Below, piece by piece: positions 24,652 to 32,942 of a DNA stretch of 37,977 nt. The translations under genes and the position numbers were made by a program. A model generated the notes under the pieces. That model saw only the letters and a list, made by a program, of their open reading frames with translations, was not told where the DNA came from and did no database searches. Where the stretch lies: assembly GCA_964652735.1 (NCBI GenBank), contig CAZZCD010000001.1, forward strand, positions 1 through 37,977, given 5' to 3'. The first letter of the stretch is position 1; each line of letters opens with the position of its first letter. Source of the stretch: Candidatus Woesearchaeota archaeon. Lineage in GTDB: Archaea > Nanobdellota > Nanobdellia > Pacearchaeales > GW2011-AR1.

Positions 24652-25122
24652 TTAGAAATTCTTTTTAAAGGTCTCACGTGTTTTCCTTAAAATATTTTTT
24701 ACAAGTATTAAAAATTCTTTTGTTTTTTCAATTGTTAGTGTTTTTGGATTTAAACTGTTTGATAAAATGATAACCTTGCCATCTTTTATGAATTCAAAAG
24801 GACTTTCCTTGTGTTTTTCTATAAAATCAAACAGTTCCAGAATTAAATTTATTTCTTCCTTTGTTATTTGATATCTAGGAGTACACTTTTGAATAAAAAT
24901 TTTGAAATTTGATTTAGGATTTTTGTAAAGAGTTATTCTCTTGTAAAGATACTCATACTGAAGAATTGAACTTATACAATCCATAACTGCATTTTTTATT
25001 TCCTGAAGAATTTTTAAAAGAAGCCTTTTATCTTTAATCAGGGGAAAGGTTACATAAACCATATGATCTACTGTCTGAACTTTTTTTTCAGCTGCAATGA
25101 TATTTTCCAAGAATTTTTCCAT
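24652..25122 (-). CDS. hypothetical helical protein, paralogue of the downstream gene
   Basis: 156-aa ORF with an ATG start. ENIIAAEKKVQTVDHMVYVTFPLIKDK... aligns by eye with the 24142-24582 product. Confidence 0.45.
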   Translation of the reverse strand: MEKFLENIIAAEKKVQTVDHMVYVTFPLIKDKRLLLKILQEIKNAVMDCISSILQYEYLYKRITLYKNPKSNFKIFIQKCTPRYQITKEEINLILELFDFIEKHKESPFEFIKDGKVIILSNSLNPKTLTIEKTKEFLILVKNILRKTRETFKKNF

Positions 25123-25190
25123 GTTTTTTCAAGGATGTTTGAATTAAAATAATTGTTGGTGTTAAAGAATATATCGGGTTTTAGTGGTCT

Positions 25191-25535
25191 TTATTTACTC
25201 AACTTCAAAATAGCCTCTGCAAGATCTCCATCTGAATCTTCAAGGGCATTTATTACCTCTTTTTTTGAAGAGTTTGTTTTTTCTATTACAGTTTTTATGT
25301 CTTCTTCAGAAATTCCTTGTTTTTCATTTTCTTCCTTTATATCTCCAGCAACTTGGAAACTTTCTTTTCCCTGAACACTTATTTTTGTTACAGAAGGGTT
25401 TTCAATAACGATTTTCGTATTATCTGATTTTTCAATTATAACCCGCGAAGCATCAATTTCTTCCTGATCCATGCCAAGCTGCTTCATCATTGCCTGCATT
25501 TTTTTAGGATTTAAACCGCCCAAACCGCCCAACAT
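25191..25535 (-). CDS. nac: nascent polypeptide-associated complex protein (NAC, with C-terminal UBA)
   Basis: MQAMMKQLGM...VIIEKSDNTKIVIENPSVTKISVQGKESFQV is the NAC domain. EEDIKTVIEKTNSSKKEVINALEDSDGDLAEAI is the UBA domain. Confidence 0.9.
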   Translation of the reverse strand: MLGGLGGLNPKKMQAMMKQLGMDQEEIDASRVIIEKSDNTKIVIENPSVTKISVQGKESFQVAGDIKEENEKQGISEEDIKTVIEKTNSSKKEVINALEDSDGDLAEAILKLSK

Positions 25536-25536
25536 T

Positions 25537-25692
25537 TTAGTATATGAATTGCAGAAATATTCTGAAAACTATTATTAGAATTACAAATCCGATTACATGG
25601 ACTGGTTTCAGCATTATTTTGCTTTTAAATTCTTCATCAAACCTCATTAATCCGCCGAAGCCAGCCGGCATCTGAACTCTTTGGTCTGCCAT
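25537..25692 (-). CDS. secG: preprotein translocase subunit Sec61beta (51 aa, absent from the ORF track)
   Basis: Manual translation gives MADQRVQMPAGFGGLMRFDEEFKSKIMLKPVHVIGFVILIIVFRIFLQFIY*. The AG(L/F)xRYxDE...I.(V/L)KPxHVIG pattern plus a C-terminal TM segment is characteristic of archaeal Sec61beta. Confidence 0.8.
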   Translation of the reverse strand: MADQRVQMPAGFGGLMRFDEEFKSKIMLKPVHVIGFVILIIVFRIFLQFIY

Positions 25693-25746
25693 TTTATTTT
25701 AGATAAATTCAAATAGTTTTTAAAACTTCCTTTATTTATTCTTTTT

Positions 25747-28128
25747 ATGAAACACTATGATGCTAAAGAAGTAGAAGAAAAGATAAAAAAGTTCTGGGAA
25801 AAGGAGAAGATTTACAAGTTTGACAAGAAAAAAGGAAAAATTTACAGTATTGATACACCCCCACCATATGCTTCTTCTGGTCATTTGCATGTAGGTCATG
25901 CTTTGCATTATACACAATTTGAGATTATAGCAAGAATTAGAAGACAGTTAGGATTTAATGTTTATTTTGCTCCTGGTTTTGATGACAATGGACTTCCAAC
26001 TGAAAAATATGTTGAAGAGAAATTAGGAATAGATAAATCAAAGACAAATAGGGCTGAATTCAGAAAATTATGTTTAAAAGAGAGTGAAAAAGTTGAAAAA
26101 ATTTATACTGAGAGAGTTTTCAAAAGATTAGGATATAGTTATGATTGGAGTTTGTTATATACAACCATTTCTAAAGAAGCACAGAAAGTAGCTCAAATGT
26201 CTTTTTTAAAATTAGTGAAAAAAGGAGATTGTTATAGATCAGAAGAACCTGTAATATGGTGTCCTTATCATGAGACAGCCCTAGCTCAGGCAGAAGTTGA
26301 AGATTTACAGAGAGAAACTAAACTAAATTATATTGATTTCAATCTTGTTGGAGGTGGAAAAATAAATATCGCTACGACCAGACCAGAATTTCTTCCTGCT
26401 TGTGTAGCTATTTTTGTACATCCTAAAGATAAAAAAAATAAAAACTTAATCGGAAAAGAAGTTATTATCCCTTTGTTTAATCATAAAGTTAAAGTTATGA
26501 CTGATGAAAGTGTTGATCCTGAATTTGGAACAGGTACTATGATGGTTTGTACTTTTGGAGATAATGCAGATATAGAAAAGTGGAAAAAATACAAATTTGA
26601 CCTTAGAGATATTGTGAATAAAGATGGAACCTTGAATCAAAGAGCAGACCAATATCAAGGAATGAAGCTGGAAGAAGCTAAAGAAGCCATAATAAATGAT
26701 TTAATGAAAATAGGGAGAATAAAAAAACAAGAGCCTTTGCAGCAGACAGTTGGTAGTTGTTGGAGATGTTCCACACCTGTTGAATATATAATAGCGAAAC
26801 AATGGTTTATTAAGACTTTAAAATATAAGAAGGAATTGATTAAAAGAGGAAAGCAGATTAAATGGTATCCTCATTTTATGAGGAAGAGATTTGAAAACTG
26901 GACAGAAAATTTAGGATGGGATTGGGTTATTTCGAGACAAAGATTTTATGGAGTACCTATTCCTGCATGGTATTGTGAAGATTGTGATGAGATAATTTTA
27001 CCGAACGAAAAGGAATTACCTATTGATTCAATTGCCACAAAAAGAAAATGTCCTAAATGTAAAAAAGAAGCTATTCCAGATACAGATGTTTTTGATACAT
27101 GGATGACTTCTAGTAATACTCCTGAAATAGCAAGTAGATGGTTAGAAAAACCAGAACTTTACAAAAAAATTTCCCCTATGTCGTTGCGACCGCAGTCACA
27201 CGATATAATAAGGACTTGGGCTTTTTACACAATTTTGAAGAGTCATCTATTATTCAACAGAATTCCCTGGAAAAACATCATGATTGGAACTTATGTTCTT
27301 GATTCTAAGGGTAAAGGAATGCATAAATCTAAAGGAAACGTTATATTGGCAGACGAATTAATAAAAAAGTATAATGTTGATGCATTTAGATATTGGGTTG
27401 GAGGTGCAAGCTTAGGAAGTGATTTACCTTTTGATGAAAAAGAATTGATAGCAGGAAAAAGATTCTTAACCAAGTTATGGAACGCTTCTAGATTTGTTTT
27501 TATGAATCTTAAAAACTATGGGGGAAAAAGACCAAAAAAACTAGAAAAAATTGATGAATTATTTTTACAAGAATTATCTCTTTTAGTTAATGAAGTTAAA
27601 AATCATTTTTTAAAATATAATATCGCTGAAGGAAAAAGAAAAATTGAAACTTTCTTTTGGAACGCATTTTGTGATAATTATTTAGAACTTATTAAGAAAA
27701 GAATTTATCAAAATAAATCAGGGAAACAATCTGCACAATACACACTTTATCATTCTTTCTTAACTATTCTAAAATTAATTTCTCCAATCACTCCTTTTAT
27801 TACAGAAAAGCTTTATCAGGAATATTTCAAAAAATATGAGAAACTTAAGAGCATTCATCTTTCTGATTGGCCGGAATATAAGAAAATAAAAAGATCAAAA
27901 GACTGGAATATTATCACTAAAAATGTTTCATTGGTTAGACAAGCAAAAACTAAAAAACAAGTTCCATTAAATTTTGCAAGTGGAGCTATAATTATTCCTA
28001 CAGAAGAATACAAGCTCCTTAAAAATTATGAAGAGCCTTTTTTAGCTGCTTCAGGAGCAATATGTATTAAAGTAGGCAAGAAATTTGAAATAGATATCCA
28101 AAAGGAGAGAACCCAAATTAAAAAATGA
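25747..28128 (+). CDS. valS: valyl-tRNA synthetase
   Basis: DTPPPYASSGHLHVGHAL is the HIGH region of archaeal ValRS type. Also present are GFDDNGLPTE, TTRPEFLPACVAIFVHP, GTGTMMVCTFGD and the KMSKS variant GMHKSKGN. IleRS or LeuRS is less likely but not excluded without an alignment. Confidence 0.82.
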   Translation: MKHYDAKEVEEKIKKFWEKEKIYKFDKKKGKIYSIDTPPPYASSGHLHVGHALHYTQFEIIARIRRQLGFNVYFAPGFDDNGLPTEKYVEEKLGIDKSKTNRAEFRKLCLKESEKVEKIYTERVFKRLGYSYDWSLLYTTISKEAQKVAQMSFLKLVKKGDCYRSEEPVIWCPYHETALAQAEVEDLQRETKLNYIDFNLVGGGKINIATTRPEFLPACVAIFVHPKDKKNKNLIGKEVIIPLFNHKVKVMTDESVDPEFGTGTMMVCTFGDNADIEKWKKYKFDLRDIVNKDGTLNQRADQYQGMKLEEAKEAIINDLMKIGRIKKQEPLQQTVGSCWRCSTPVEYIIAKQWFIKTLKYKKELIKRGKQIKWYPHFMRKRFENWTENLGWDWVISRQRFYGVPIPAWYCEDCDEIILPNEKELPIDSIATKRKCPKCKKEAIPDTDVFDTWMTSSNTPEIASRWLEKPELYKKISPMSLRPQSHDIIRTWAFYTILKSHLLFNRIPWKNIMIGTYVLDSKGKGMHKSKGNVILADELIKKYNVDAFRYWVGGASLGSDLPFDEKELIAGKRFLTKLWNASRFVFMNLKNYGGKRPKKLEKIDELFLQELSLLVNEVKNHFLKYNIAEGKRKIETFFWNAFCDNYLELIKKRIYQNKSGKQSAQYTLYHSFLTILKLISPITPFITEKLYQEYFKKYEKLKSIHLSDWPEYKKIKRSKDWNIITKNVSLVRQAKTKKQVPLNFASGAIIIPTEEYKLLKNYEEPFLAASGAICIKVGKKFEIDIQKERTQIKK

Positions 28129-30506
28129 CAAAATTAGATAAAACAGAACTTGCAGAAATTTTAGAGCAACTCGAGAAATACAAAGGAAAACATACAGAGC
28201 TTGTTACAATCTATGTTCCTGCAGGATATGATATTAATTCTGTACAAAGACAGCTTGGGGCAGAAAAATCAACTGCAAAAAATATTAAATCAACTTCTAC
28301 GAGGAAAAATGTTATTGATGCTTTGGAAAAACTTATTCGTGAACTTAAGACTTTGAAGAAAACCCCTGAAAATGGTCTTGCCATTTTTTCTGGAAATATT
28401 TCAAAGAGTGAAGGGCAGCAGGATTTGCAGTTATGGGCTATAGAACCTTATTCTCCGATAAAAAGCAGACTTTACAGGTGTGATAAAGAATTTGTACTTG
28501 AACCCTTGAAAGAAATGCTTGAAGTCTCTGAAGTATTTGGTCTTTTAGTTATGGATAGGAAAGAAGCAACCATAGGAATTCTTGAAGGAAAAAGGATAGA
28601 TGTTCTTCAGAAGATGACTTCTGGAGTTCCAAGTAAGGTTAGAGCTGGGGGTCAATGTTTGAATCCAGATACATTAATTATGAAAGATGACGGGGATATT
28701 TTAGAAATTAGAAACTCTCATAATCCTTCAATGATTATTTCTGAAAATTTCAATACCGAAAGAATTGAAGAGACTCCTCTTATAACTAAATGGGAAAACG
28801 AGAAAGAAATTTACAAAATAATAACTTGTTACCCTCAAATTGAAATTAAAGCTTCTGGAGAACATATCTTTTTTGTTAGAAATGAGAAAGGAATTGAAGA
28901 AAAACCTTTATCTGAGATTCATGAAAGGGATTATTTAATAATGCCTGAAAAAATTGATTTGAATTTGAAAGATCAGAAAATTTCTTTTACCCCCAAAATA
29001 AAACAATCATTTAATATGAAACAAATAAATATCCCTAAAAAAATTCATCCCTCTTTTTCAAGAATTTTGGGTTATTATTTGGGTGACGGAAGTTGGGAAA
29101 TTGATAGGATAACTTTTTTTGAACAAAGAAAAGAGGTGGCTGAGCATTACAAAAATTTAGTAATGCAGGTCTTTAGTATCAATTCTGATTTGAGATTTAG
29201 AGAAGCTAAAAATTATTGGCAATTAAGAGTTTATAGCAGAATTGTTTCCCAGTTAATTAAACAGATATTTTCTAAATCTGATAAGACATTAACAGAAAGA
29301 ATTCCCGCACTTGTTTTAAAATCTTCTGATAGATCCTTAGCTGCGTTTATTGGTGGTTTTTTTGATGCTGAAGGCTATGTTTCAAAAACAGGGGTGGCCT
29401 CGGGATTTAATAATGAATTGTTAGCGAAGCAGTTACAATTTTCTTTGTTAAGACTTGGAATTATAAGTTCAATAAACAAATATGATAATAAGAGAAATCC
29501 CTATTCAGATAAGATAAGGCATACTGTTTCAATTGATGATCTTGAATCCTTGAAAAAATTTAAAGGATTGATTGGATTTTGCTCTGTGGAAAAACAAAAG
29601 AAACTTAACAATTTAATAGAAAACAGGGGTAGTAGGAGTAAAGTTAGGCAGCTAATTGTCAATGGAAGCGAAGTCGCAAAAATTATAAGAAATTCAGGAT
29701 TAAACACAAGAGATTTTCATTGTGGATATTTTTTCTGCAATAAAAGACAGATGAGCAAAGAAATTTTCAAGAAAAGAATTTTAGATAAAATACAAAATGA
29801 AGAATTGAGGAAAAGATTAGCGTTATTTTATAATTCCAATTTAATAGCTATTAAGATATCTAAAATTGAGAAGATTGGAATTATGCCTACGATAGACATT
29901 GAAACTAAAAATCACAATTTTCTTGCTAATGGATTAATAGTACATAATTCAAGTCAGAGATTTCACAGAATTACAGAAGGTCTTACAAAAGAGTTTTATA
30001 AAAGAATTGCAGATGAAATGAAAAAAATATTTTTTAACATGCCTAAATTGAAAGGAATTATTATTGGGGGGCCTGTGCCAACAAAAGACGAGTTCTTGGA
30101 TGTAGAATATATGGCTACACAGCTTAGAGAAAAGATTATTGGAAAAATTGACATAGGAGATGCTTCAGAATCAGGACTTAACGAACTTGTTGGAAAATCA
30201 CAAAATCTTTTAAAAGACCATGAAAGAACCTTAGAGAAAAAAGATATTGAAAAGTTTTTTAAGAATCTTGGGGAGAATCCAGAAAAGACTTTTCTTGGAG
30301 AAGAAAACAATAAAAGGGCTTTGGAGGTAGGAGCTGTAGACATTCTATATTTATCAAACAAACTCTCAAAATCACTTGTAAAAGAGCTAACTAAGATGGC
30401 TGAAAACACAGGGGCTGAAGTAAAAGTAATATCAACAGAAACCACTGAAGGAGAGCAGTTTTATAATATGGGGGGAATTGGTTCTATTTTAAGGTTTAAG
30501 GTTTGA
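28125..30506 (+). CDS. prf1: peptide chain release factor aRF1, interrupted by an intein (793 aa precursor, 362 aa after splicing)
   Basis: NIKS motif (AKNIKS), YxCxxxF (LYRCDKEF) and the GGQ motif RAGGQ | intein | SSQRFHR. The start overlaps the valS stop (ATGA). Confidence 0.93.
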   Translation: MTKLDKTELAEILEQLEKYKGKHTELVTIYVPAGYDINSVQRQLGAEKSTAKNIKSTSTRKNVIDALEKLIRELKTLKKTPENGLAIFSGNISKSEGQQDLQLWAIEPYSPIKSRLYRCDKEFVLEPLKEMLEVSEVFGLLVMDRKEATIGILEGKRIDVLQKMTSGVPSKVRAGGQCLNPDTLIMKDDGDILEIRNSHNPSMIISENFNTERIEETPLITKWENEKEIYKIITCYPQIEIKASGEHIFFVRNEKGIEEKPLSEIHERDYLIMPEKIDLNLKDQKISFTPKIKQSFNMKQINIPKKIHPSFSRILGYYLGDGSWEIDRITFFEQRKEVAEHYKNLVMQVFSINSDLRFREAKNYWQLRVYSRIVSQLIKQIFSKSDKTLTERIPALVLKSSDRSLAAFIGGFFDAEGYVSKTGVASGFNNELLAKQLQFSLLRLGIISSINKYDNKRNPYSDKIRHTVSIDDLESLKKFKGLIGFCSVEKQKKLNNLIENRGSRSKVRQLIVNGSEVAKIIRNSGLNTRDFHCGYFFCNKRQMSKEIFKKRILDKIQNEELRKRLALFYNSNLIAIKISKIEKIGIMPTIDIETKNHNFLANGLIVHNSSQRFHRITEGLTKEFYKRIADEMKKIFFNMPKLKGIIIGGPVPTKDEFLDVEYMATQLREKIIGKIDIGDASESGLNELVGKSQNLLKDHERTLEKKDIEKFFKNLGENPEKTFLGEENNKRALEVGAVDILYLSNKLSKSLVKELTKMAENTGAEVKVISTETTEGEQFYNMGGIGSILRFKV
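28656..29948 (+). mobile_element. aRF1 intein with LAGLIDADG homing-endonuclease domain (aa 178-608, 431 aa), inserted directly after the GGQ glutamine
   Basis: The intein starts CLNPDTLIM (TGT at 28656-28658). Block B is ASGEH. LAGLIDADG motifs are ILGYYLGDGSW and FIGGFFDAEGYV. The C-terminal blocks TIDIETKNHNFLANGLIVHN are followed by Ser+1 (AAT at 29946-29948). Confidence 0.87.
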
Positions 30507-30508
30507 AA

Positions 30509-30985
30509 ATGGATAAAGAGAAAGATGATTTGAAAAAGATAGAAGCTATACTTTTTATTTCTGGTAGATTTCTCAATATGCAAGAGTTAATATCACTTTC
30601 TGATTTAAATCCAATAGTAATTAGAGATTTATTAGAGCAACTTGAGCAGAAATATGAAAAGCAGGATTCAGCGCTTCAAATAGTTGAGAAAAACAATATG
30701 TGGAAAATGGATGTGAAATCTGAGTTTTCACATATTATTAATCGTTTGGCAACAGGATCTTCAGAATTTTCAAAAGCAGAGCAGGAAACTCTTGCAATTA
30801 TTGCTCTTAAACAACCAATAAAGCAATCAGTGATTGTAAAAATAAGAGGGAACAAAGCTTATGACCACACAAAGAAATTTTCTGGATTAGGATTGATAAA
30901 AAAGAAAAAAACAGGGCGCACTTATGAATTAAGTTTAAAAGAAGATTTTTATGATTATTTTAATATTTCTAAAGGAGGAACTTAA
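30509..30985 (+). CDS. scpB: segregation and condensation protein B (ScpB)-like winged-helix protein
   Basis: KKIEAILFISGRFLNMQEL... and SKAEQETLAIIALKQPIKQSVIVKIRG indicate two winged-helix repeats. The track start at 30503 is a TTG overlapping the aRF1 stop. The ATG at 30509 is the alternative used here. Confidence 0.7.
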   Translation: MDKEKDDLKKIEAILFISGRFLNMQELISLSDLNPIVIRDLLEQLEQKYEKQDSALQIVEKNNMWKMDVKSEFSHIINRLATGSSEFSKAEQETLAIIALKQPIKQSVIVKIRGNKAYDHTKKFSGLGLIKKKKTGRTYELSLKEDFYDYFNISKGGT

Positions 30986-30992
30986 ATAAAAA

Positions 30993-32225
30993 ATGCCTGA
31001 ACTATTAACAATAATCTACCTTGTTTATTCTTTCATAGCTTTTTATTTTCTTTTTCTTTTTCTTTTGATTTATGCAAAAAACAAAAAAGATTTCTTTTCT
31101 ATCCCAAAAATAACTAAAAATTATTCTTTAAGCATAGTAATTCCTTGTTATAATGAAGAAGAGAATATAGGGGAGACAATTGAAGCAATTCTCAATTCAG
31201 ACTATAAAGGGCTTAAAAAAATAATTGTTGTTGATGACTGTAGCACAGACAATTCTTATGAGGTTATAAAAAAATACGCAAAAAAATATAAAAGAGTTAT
31301 AGGTGTAAAAACTCTGAAAAATACAGGAAAGGCCAGCGGTTCAAAAAATTACGGGGCAAAATTTGCTGATACAGAGCTTATTGGTTTTGTTGATGCAGAC
31401 TCTTATCCTCAGAAAGATGCTATAAGAAAGATGATAGGTTTTTTTGATGATAAAAATATAGTATCTGTGACATCCTCTATTTTTGTTAAAAGAAGAAAAA
31501 GCTTTATTGAGAAATTGCAGTCAATCGAGTATAGAATAATTGCTTTTACAAGAAAACTTTTAGGGTTTGTTGGTGCAATCTATGTTACTCCAGGACCATT
31601 AGCAGTATATAGAAAGAAGGCTTTTGATGATGTGGGGAGATTTGATGAAAACAACCTTACAGAAGATATTGAGATAACATGGAATTTTCTTTCTAAGGGG
31701 TATGAAATTGAAATGAGTGTTCCTTCAAGAGCCTACACCGTTGCACCTAACAAATTTAAAACATGGTATCTCCAAAGAGTAAGATGGAATATTGGAGGAA
31801 TACAGACTATAAATAAATACAAAAAAACTTTTGCAAGAAAGGGAATCTTAGGAAGATTTGTTTTACCATTTTTTATATTATCCTGGATATTGGGAATTTT
31901 AGGAATAGGGGTTCTAATTTATAGGGGATTCAGAAGAATTATTATCCACTTCCTTATTACAAAATATTCTATAGGGGCACAGACAGCTGTTTTAACTTTA
32001 AGAGAAATAAATCTTACCCCAAATGTTCTTTTGTTTTTTGGAGTTTCTATCCTTCTCCTTAGCTTATCATTTACAATTTTAGCACTTTCATATTCAAAAG
32101 AAAAAAAATTTAAAAAGGTGAAGATATTCAATATTTTAATATATTCATTTATTTATCTACTTGCATATCCCATTATATTAATAACATCAATATTTAAATA
32201 TATGAAAAAAGACAGAGCCTGGTAA
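30993..32225 (+). CDS. integral-membrane family 2 glycosyltransferase (processive synthase type)
   Basis: SIVIPCYNEE, VVDDCSTD, DADS and TEDIE are present, together with the QRVRWNIGG (QxxRW) motif. TM segments occur at both ends. Confidence 0.85.
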   Translation: MPELLTIIYLVYSFIAFYFLFLFLLIYAKNKKDFFSIPKITKNYSLSIVIPCYNEEENIGETIEAILNSDYKGLKKIIVVDDCSTDNSYEVIKKYAKKYKRVIGVKTLKNTGKASGSKNYGAKFADTELIGFVDADSYPQKDAIRKMIGFFDDKNIVSVTSSIFVKRRKSFIEKLQSIEYRIIAFTRKLLGFVGAIYVTPGPLAVYRKKAFDDVGRFDENNLTEDIEITWNFLSKGYEIEMSVPSRAYTVAPNKFKTWYLQRVRWNIGGIQTINKYKKTFARKGILGRFVLPFFILSWILGILGIGVLIYRGFRRIIIHFLITKYSIGAQTAVLTLREINLTPNVLLFFGVSILLLSLSFTILALSYSKEKKFKKVKIFNILIYSFIYLLAYPIILITSIFKYMKKDRAW

Positions 32226-32226
32226 A

Positions 32227-32766
32227 ATGAAAAAAAATACAAAAGGTGTTTTTTGGCAAGCGCTTATTTTAACAATAATCGTTTTTGTAGCAGGGATTTT
32301 TTTAGGAATGGCTTATGAAGGAAGCAAATTGGATGAAATGAATGACTATTATGTTTTATCAGAGATTTTTCTTATGGATTCTTTTGCTCTTAGTAAACTT
32401 ACAAGTACAGATACTGGCTTAGTTGAATGTGATGTTCTTATAAATGCAAACATTGAATTTGCAAATAAGATTTATGAAGAAGCGTATATACTTGAAAAAT
32501 ATGAAGAATCAGGAAAACTATCAGAAGCTTTAGAAATTATACATAGCAAATATGACCTTTTGAGAACTCTTTTATGGATAAATCTTATAGACATTCCTGA
32601 TAAATGCAAAAAAGATGTTTCTGTGGTTGTTTATCTTTATGAATATAAAACAGAAGACTTAACAGAAAAAGCAACTAATAGGGTTTGGTCAAAAATTCTT
32701 TTTGATTTAAAGCAGGAAATGGGGAATAAAATTATCTTAATCCCAATAGCTGTTGATAGTGATTAA
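32227..32766 (+). CDS. membrane-anchored protein, apparently truncated by a frameshift
   Basis: One N-terminal TM segment (FWQALILTIIVFVAGIFLGMAY). The start lies 1 nt after the GT2 stop. The reading frame ends at TAA 32764-32766, but homology-like sequence continues in another frame. Confidence 0.6.
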   Translation: MKKNTKGVFWQALILTIIVFVAGIFLGMAYEGSKLDEMNDYYVLSEIFLMDSFALSKLTSTDTGLVECDVLINANIEFANKIYEEAYILEKYEESGKLSEALEIIHSKYDLLRTLLWINLIDIPDKCKKDVSVVVYLYEYKTEDLTEKATNRVWSKILFDLKQEMGNKIILIPIAVDSD

Positions 32767-32885
32767 CATCTCTGAATTCTTTAATTGCCAAATATAGTAT
32801 TTTAGAATACCCTGTTGTAATTATTGGTGAGCATGTTATTTCAGAAATTAATTTTGTTGATGACTTAAAAGAGTATCTTGAATAG
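32763..32885 (+). pseudogene. out-of-frame 3' continuation of the preceding gene
   Basis: The -1 frame reads LTSLNSLIAKYSILEYPVVIIGEHVISEINFVDDLKEYLE*, a thioredoxin-fold-like tail. Adding one T to the TT at 32763-32764 would fuse it in frame to ...IPIAVDSD. Confidence 0.45.
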
Positions 32886-32942
32886 AAGAACATTTATCTC
32901 CATCACAGCAATCTTAAAAAAGCCTTTCTATGTTTTGTTTTT

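Noticed and set aside
29996-30445. A 149-aa antisense ORF inside the C-terminal extein of aRF1. It is the longest shadow ORF in the window.
   Set aside because: The sense strand encodes the conserved aRF1 domain 3. The antisense product is Ser/Phe-rich with no motif. Its length is explained by the scarcity of stop codons opposite a Lys/Glu-rich frame.
32755-32770. Programmed -1 ribosomal frameshifting at the break in the membrane protein gene.
   Set aside because: There is no X-XXY-YYZ slippery heptamer and no obvious downstream stimulatory structure. A simple 1-nt indel in a T run (sequencing error or pseudogenisation) is the more economical explanation.
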